Shown in pieces: positions 60,901-64,000 of a DNA stretch of 64,000 nt; the stretch's first letter is position 1; every line of letters starts with the position of its first letter. The notes under the pieces are model-generated. The model made no database searches and was not told the DNA's origin. It saw only the letters and a program-made list of their open reading frames with translations. The stretch is from Octopus sinensis (lineage: Eukaryota), in NCBI RefSeq assembly GCF_006345805.1, contig NC_043014.1, positions 53,382,001 through 53,446,000 of the forward strand, read 5' to 3'. Position numbers and translations under genes: made by a program.

Positions 60901-62451
60901 GGGTAACGTCCCCACTTTGAAGGTAACGATTTGTTTCTCTCTTAAAATCTATTGTTTCAAAATTAAACAGAACATTCTGATTTATGATTCTGTAAAGACC
61001 CGAAAGAGGGTCACAAATCACCAAGTCAGACTGGGAGCAGATTCCAAGCAGTTTTTTATTATTATCATTATTATTAATCTGGCCACCAGGAGAATCATTA
61101 GCATACCAGACAAAATGCTTAGTGACATTGCATCTGTCTTTATGCTCCAAGGTCAACTTTGTCTTTCAGTCTTGATAAAATAAATACCAGTCATGTATTG
61201 GGGTCGATCTAATTGACCTATCCTCCCCTGAAATTGCTGGCTTTGTGCTAAAACTTGAAAGCATTTTTGTTGTTGTTGGTGGTGGCGGCGGCGGCAGCAG
61301 TGAGCTGGACGAAATGGCATTTCGTCTGTCTCCATATTCTGAGTTCAAATTTTGCCAATGTCTATTTGGCCCTTCACCCTTTTGGGTTTCTCATAAAATA
61401 AGGACCAGTTGAGTCCTGGTGTTGACCCTCCCCCAAATTCCAGGCCTTGGGCCTATAGTAGAAAGGATTATTATCATTATTGCTAATCACAGTAGAGTGG
61501 GTGTTGCCCATGGCCCTTTTCAGAGTTTCTGAAGCTGAGGAGAGGAAAGCAAGGAGAAAATATTCTTAGATGTAAGATTTGGGCCAAAGATATCCAAGGG
61601 CTTTGTAGTCGTGTTTAATCAGGCAATGAATAAATTTTACCAACCAAGAACTAGAATTATCTCTCTATTAGAGAGACAATTCTTGTAAAATTTATCCTTC
61701 CGCACAATTTCCATTTGTAAAATGTTTGCTTATAAAACTTTGGTTGGTCCAAGGCTATAGCAGAAGACATTTTTTACAAGTTGCCATATAATGGAATTGA
61801 ACCGGAACCCGTGTAGTTGTGAAGCCAACTTCTTAACCTCACAGCCATAAAGTTAGTATCTTTTTCTATTTTCAGTAGGTTTCTTCTGCTTTCTCTCTGT
61901 ATCTTAGGAAGGAGGTCTGAAGCAATTGTAACCGACAAAGGACGACACATTCAGACTGTGTGAATGTGTCCCTTTCACTGGAGAGCAGCTCTTTGGAGGT
62001 ACAACTGGGAGTCAAACAACAACAACTTGAAAGGAGATATGGCAATAAGAAAGTTTCTCTGTGGTCTGAAAATACGCTAGAAGTAGCAGCCAGATCTTCC
62101 TCATCCAACAACTTGTTAGGTAATATTGTCCTGGGTTCCCTGAACATTAGGAAAAGACTGGATAGTCATGGCTGGATTTCTTCTGTTCAACCGACTAAAT
62201 AACAACAACCAAAGCTAAAAGTACTTCATTGTATGACTGTATACTTCTTTTATATTCTTCAAATTCAATATTCATCCTCTGCCAAAATTGACCCCTGGGG
62301 GCCTCATTAATCTTCCTTTCTTTGATATCTTTGACAGGGATTTGGACATTTATTACCATCAAAAGAGAGCCGACATTTTTTGGGCATCATCTATAACTCG
62401 TGTGTGTTTCCGGCTCACGACCGATCAGACTCACCTTCGACAAGGTTTACT
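51461..62451 (+). CDS. PPOX: Protoporphyrinogen oxidase gene, spliced, 3' end beyond the window. Coding exons: 51461-51544, 53113-53247, 54248-54356, 55252-55394, 55870-56008, 58076-58269, 59073-59133, 60804-60922, 62338-62451 (366 codons)
   Basis: FAD-binding VLGGGISGLSAAY, LGGW, ETIYDFINRRFG, CRGIFAGD and GFGHLLP motifs. All junctions are GT-AG and in phase. Exons of 135, 61 and 119 nt match human PPOX as recalled. Confidence 0.97.
53113..53247 (+). CDS. PPOX: PPOX exon 2 (VLLLEGSKQLGGW...GPQSIR...TLTL)
   Basis: ttgcag acceptor, GTGAGT donor, 135 nt. Confidence 0.97.
53645..53800 (-). mobile_element. RTE LINE 3'UTR fragment in a PPOX intron
   Basis: Reverse complement of the RTE UTR with (ATC)n. 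Confidence 0.75.
54248..54356 (+). CDS. PPOX: PPOX exon 3 (MHDLGLENEILPV...NRFIYYNNQINALPN)
   Basis: ttacag acceptor, GTAAGT donor, 109 nt, NRF motif. Confidence 0.95.
54490..54860 (-). mobile_element. RTE LINE ORF2 C-terminal fragment
   Basis: ORF 54575-55102 ends RERRLHWYGHLLRVDEEKCVK..GRPRKTWDVLVKHDLRMLGL..LWRYAVTAKTRQIK*, a typical RTE C-terminus. Confidence 0.9.
54917..55131 (+). mobile_element. 3' half of a SINE whose tail matches the CR1/L2-like LINE at 37111-38093
   Basis: Ends ggcggtgctccagcatggccgcagtcaaatgactgaaacaagtaaaagagtaaa. Related tails occur at ~15030, 31810, 33430 and 36190. Confidence 0.8.
55252..55394 (+). CDS. PPOX: PPOX exon 4 (LLGILKKPPF...ETIYDFINRRFGSE)
   Basis: ttgtag acceptor, GTTTGT donor, in phase with exon 3. 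Confidence 0.95.
55870..56008 (+). CDS. PPOX: PPOX exon 5 (VADVLINSMCRGIFAGD...LGTFR)
   Basis: ggtcag acceptor, GTAAAA donor, 139 nt. Confidence 0.96.
56276..56301. repeat. Perfect 26-bp palindrome TGTCTTGGGGAAATTTCCCCAAGACA
   Basis: Self-complementary with no mismatch. Confidence 0.95.
56430..57640 (-). mobile_element. Heavily degraded LINE remnant (APE/RT type)
   Basis: Frameshifted GDFNG-like motif near 57440-57460 and an IWDG..LH..Q-like segment near 56900. Confidence 0.35.
58076..58269 (+). CDS. PPOX: PPOX exon 6 (KEEVDDSCPLIKKARAENWRLYSLKNGLQQL...GKAK)
   Basis: aattag acceptor after a T-rich tract, GTGAGT donor, 194 nt. Confidence 0.95.
58500..58745 (+). mobile_element. tRNA-derived SINE, tail type B
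   Basis: Head, partly duplicated core and tail ttccaggcctttgcctgtcgtagaaaggattatt. Confidence 0.75.
59073..59133 (+). CDS. PPOX: PPOX exon 7 (VHTKEESFEADHVFSALFAG)
   Basis: caccag acceptor, GTATGG donor, 61 nt, EADHV motif. Confidence 0.95.
59330..59690 (+). mobile_element. RTE 3'UTR copy followed by a CORE-like SINE head
   Basis: UTR motif at 59400-59550, then ggttcagtcc..accttgggcaagtg..ggaaactggaagaagcc. Confidence 0.7.
60804..60922 (+). CDS. PPOX: PPOX exon 8 (LKGLLSEDQKLL...VVLVNLEFEGNVPTLK)
   Basis: tttcag acceptor, GTAACG donor, 119 nt, VNL motif. Confidence 0.95.
61090..61475 (+). mobile_element. Two tandem tRNA-derived SINE copies
   Basis: Two heads and cores at 61095-61265 and 61290-61470. 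Confidence 0.75.
62338..62451 (+). CDS. PPOX: PPOX exon 9 (GFGHLLPSKESRHFLGIIYNSCVFP...RFT)
   Basis: tgacag acceptor, GTAAGT donor, 114 nt, GFGHL motif. Confidence 0.97.
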
Positions 62452-62832
62452 GTAAGTTCCCTATTTTTAATATATTTTCTTTCATCATTTTTTCGAAACA
62501 TTTTTCTGGAATATTTCCAGAAAAATCAGTAGAACCAGTAAAAGGTTGGACAAAATGCTGGGCAGTATTTAGTAAAGTCCTGGCTTTGAATTTTATTCCC
62601 TCTGGGGTCAATTAGAGCCAGCAAGGAATTGGGGTCTCTCTTATTCAGCTGTACCCTCCTCTCCCTCCACTTCCAAAAAATTCAATACCTTGCATTTGTT
62701 AGAAATCTATATTTCTATTTTGATCAAGCAAAAATATATTTTGGGTTCTCTGAACTATTTTGGGCATCCAAAGTGACCGACTTCTGTAAGAGAGACAACT
62801 GTGCTTGTCTTGATAGTTAATGTCACATGCAT

Positions 62833-62869
<37 letters not shown>

Positions 62870-63215
62870 GGAGAGAGGAAGAATGGTTAGTTAACAGTAG
62901 AAATAGAAAATCAAGGTGTTTTAGATGATGTCTTGTTGAGAGAAACCAAGATGGTTAAAAAGGAGAACCAGTAGTTTCAAAACATTTGTGTATTGGTAAA
63001 TAACATCTTCATCTAACCAAACCCAACCATTCTGTACCTGAACAATCAACAAAAATATTGGTAGAAATACTGGATGGAATGTGTGTCAGTTATTTTGAAA
63101 TTACGAATTATTTATTCTCTAGACAATTCTGTTTTTCTACACCAATACATGTTCAATGTTGTATATTTAATAAGGAATTCTCTTATTATTACCACAACAA
63201 TCACGAAGTTTAGGA

Positions 63216-63256
63216 TTTACTGATGAGGTTTTAATAAGACCAAAACATGTCTAGAG
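63216..63256 (+). ncRNA. Minimal type I hammerhead ribozyme motif (copy 2, G12-to-A variant)
   Basis: TTTA-CTGATGA-GGTTTT/AAT/AAGACC-AAAA-CATG-TC-TAGAG. Homologous to 34144-34185, with a 6-bp helix II. Confidence 0.7.
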
Positions 63257-64000
63257 TTATCTTTCACATCAAACAATAAAAAAAAAATATATAATAATCA
63301 TTGACTAAAAATATTTTACCCTCATCATGTAATTATTTAATTTTAATGCTCCCAGCATGAAATGTATTAACGCTGGTTTATCAGTGGAGTAAAGGACCCG
63401 GTTTAATATGAAGTTGTATTGCCGTGTCTGAGTGTGTTAGAAAGGGGAGAGAGGTGACAGGGAGAATAAAGTGCAATGAATCGTTTATTTTATAGTCAGG
63501 TTATGTTGTGGCCAAATTGGGTAATTATATTTGGAAGGCTTTCACACACTAATAAAAGATGAAGACCATCAGCTCATGGATGTTATTGGCAGAGATACTT
63601 AACAGAAGACTGAGGATCCACTAAAACTAATGGAAGACAGAGATGTCTGGTGCTGCATTATGAAGGGGATCTTGGTTGCGATTACTTGGAGAAGAAGAAG
63701 AAGAAAGTGCGTTAGAGGAGAGCATAGAATAATATTGAAGTAGAGAGAGAGAGAAGTGTATAGTGAATAATATATTTTATGGTAAAGAGACCCCATACTA
63801 TAATGTAGTATTACAGTGTAGAAGAAAGAGAGAGAAAATGTTGTTGTGTAATATTGTTATTGTGTGATAGTTGTTATGGGATGATGTAAAGGATAAAGGC
63901 ATGTGGGTGGGTGTATATGAGAGAGAGATGGAGAGAGAGAAATGAATTGTATAATAAACCCTTTTGTCTTCAATCATTTTGTTATTCTTCATTTTTCTTT

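Noticed and set aside
63500-63562. tcag|VMLWPNW, resembling the start of the next PPOX exon (VMLGGxW)
   Set aside because: Similarity ends after three residues and a stop follows within ~22 codons. The real exon is probably beyond the window.

Overview
Eukaryotic, AT-rich, microsatellite- and retroposon-dense genomic DNA. The repeat families suggest a coleoid cephalopod, probably Octopus (inference, not verified). Two intron-rich housekeeping genes lie in tandem on the + strand. (1) Glycerol kinase (GK): 13 in-phase coding exons from 3508 to 34479 plus a hydrophobic tail exon at 40570-40670. About 140-150 C-terminal codons were not found and probably lie in the 100-N gap at 36322-36421. (2) Protoporphyrinogen oxidase (PPOX): 9 coding exons from 51461 to 62451, continuing beyond the window. 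Introns and the intergenic region hold RTE, CR1/L2-like and L1/Tx1-like LINE remnants, a Gypsy RNase H remnant, a Tc1 remnant and several tRNA-derived SINE families. The most notable observations are: two copies of a minimal type I hammerhead ribozyme in sense orientation, each hit at the same CpG; a SINE and a LINE sharing a 3' tail with a covarying stem-loop; PPOX codons one A-to-I edit away from conserved vertebrate residues; a 12-nt microexon candidate in GK; and a DR2/E-box cluster in the GK promoter. No CRISPR array, rRNA or intact tRNA gene was seen. Comparisons with human genes are from memory and need checking.
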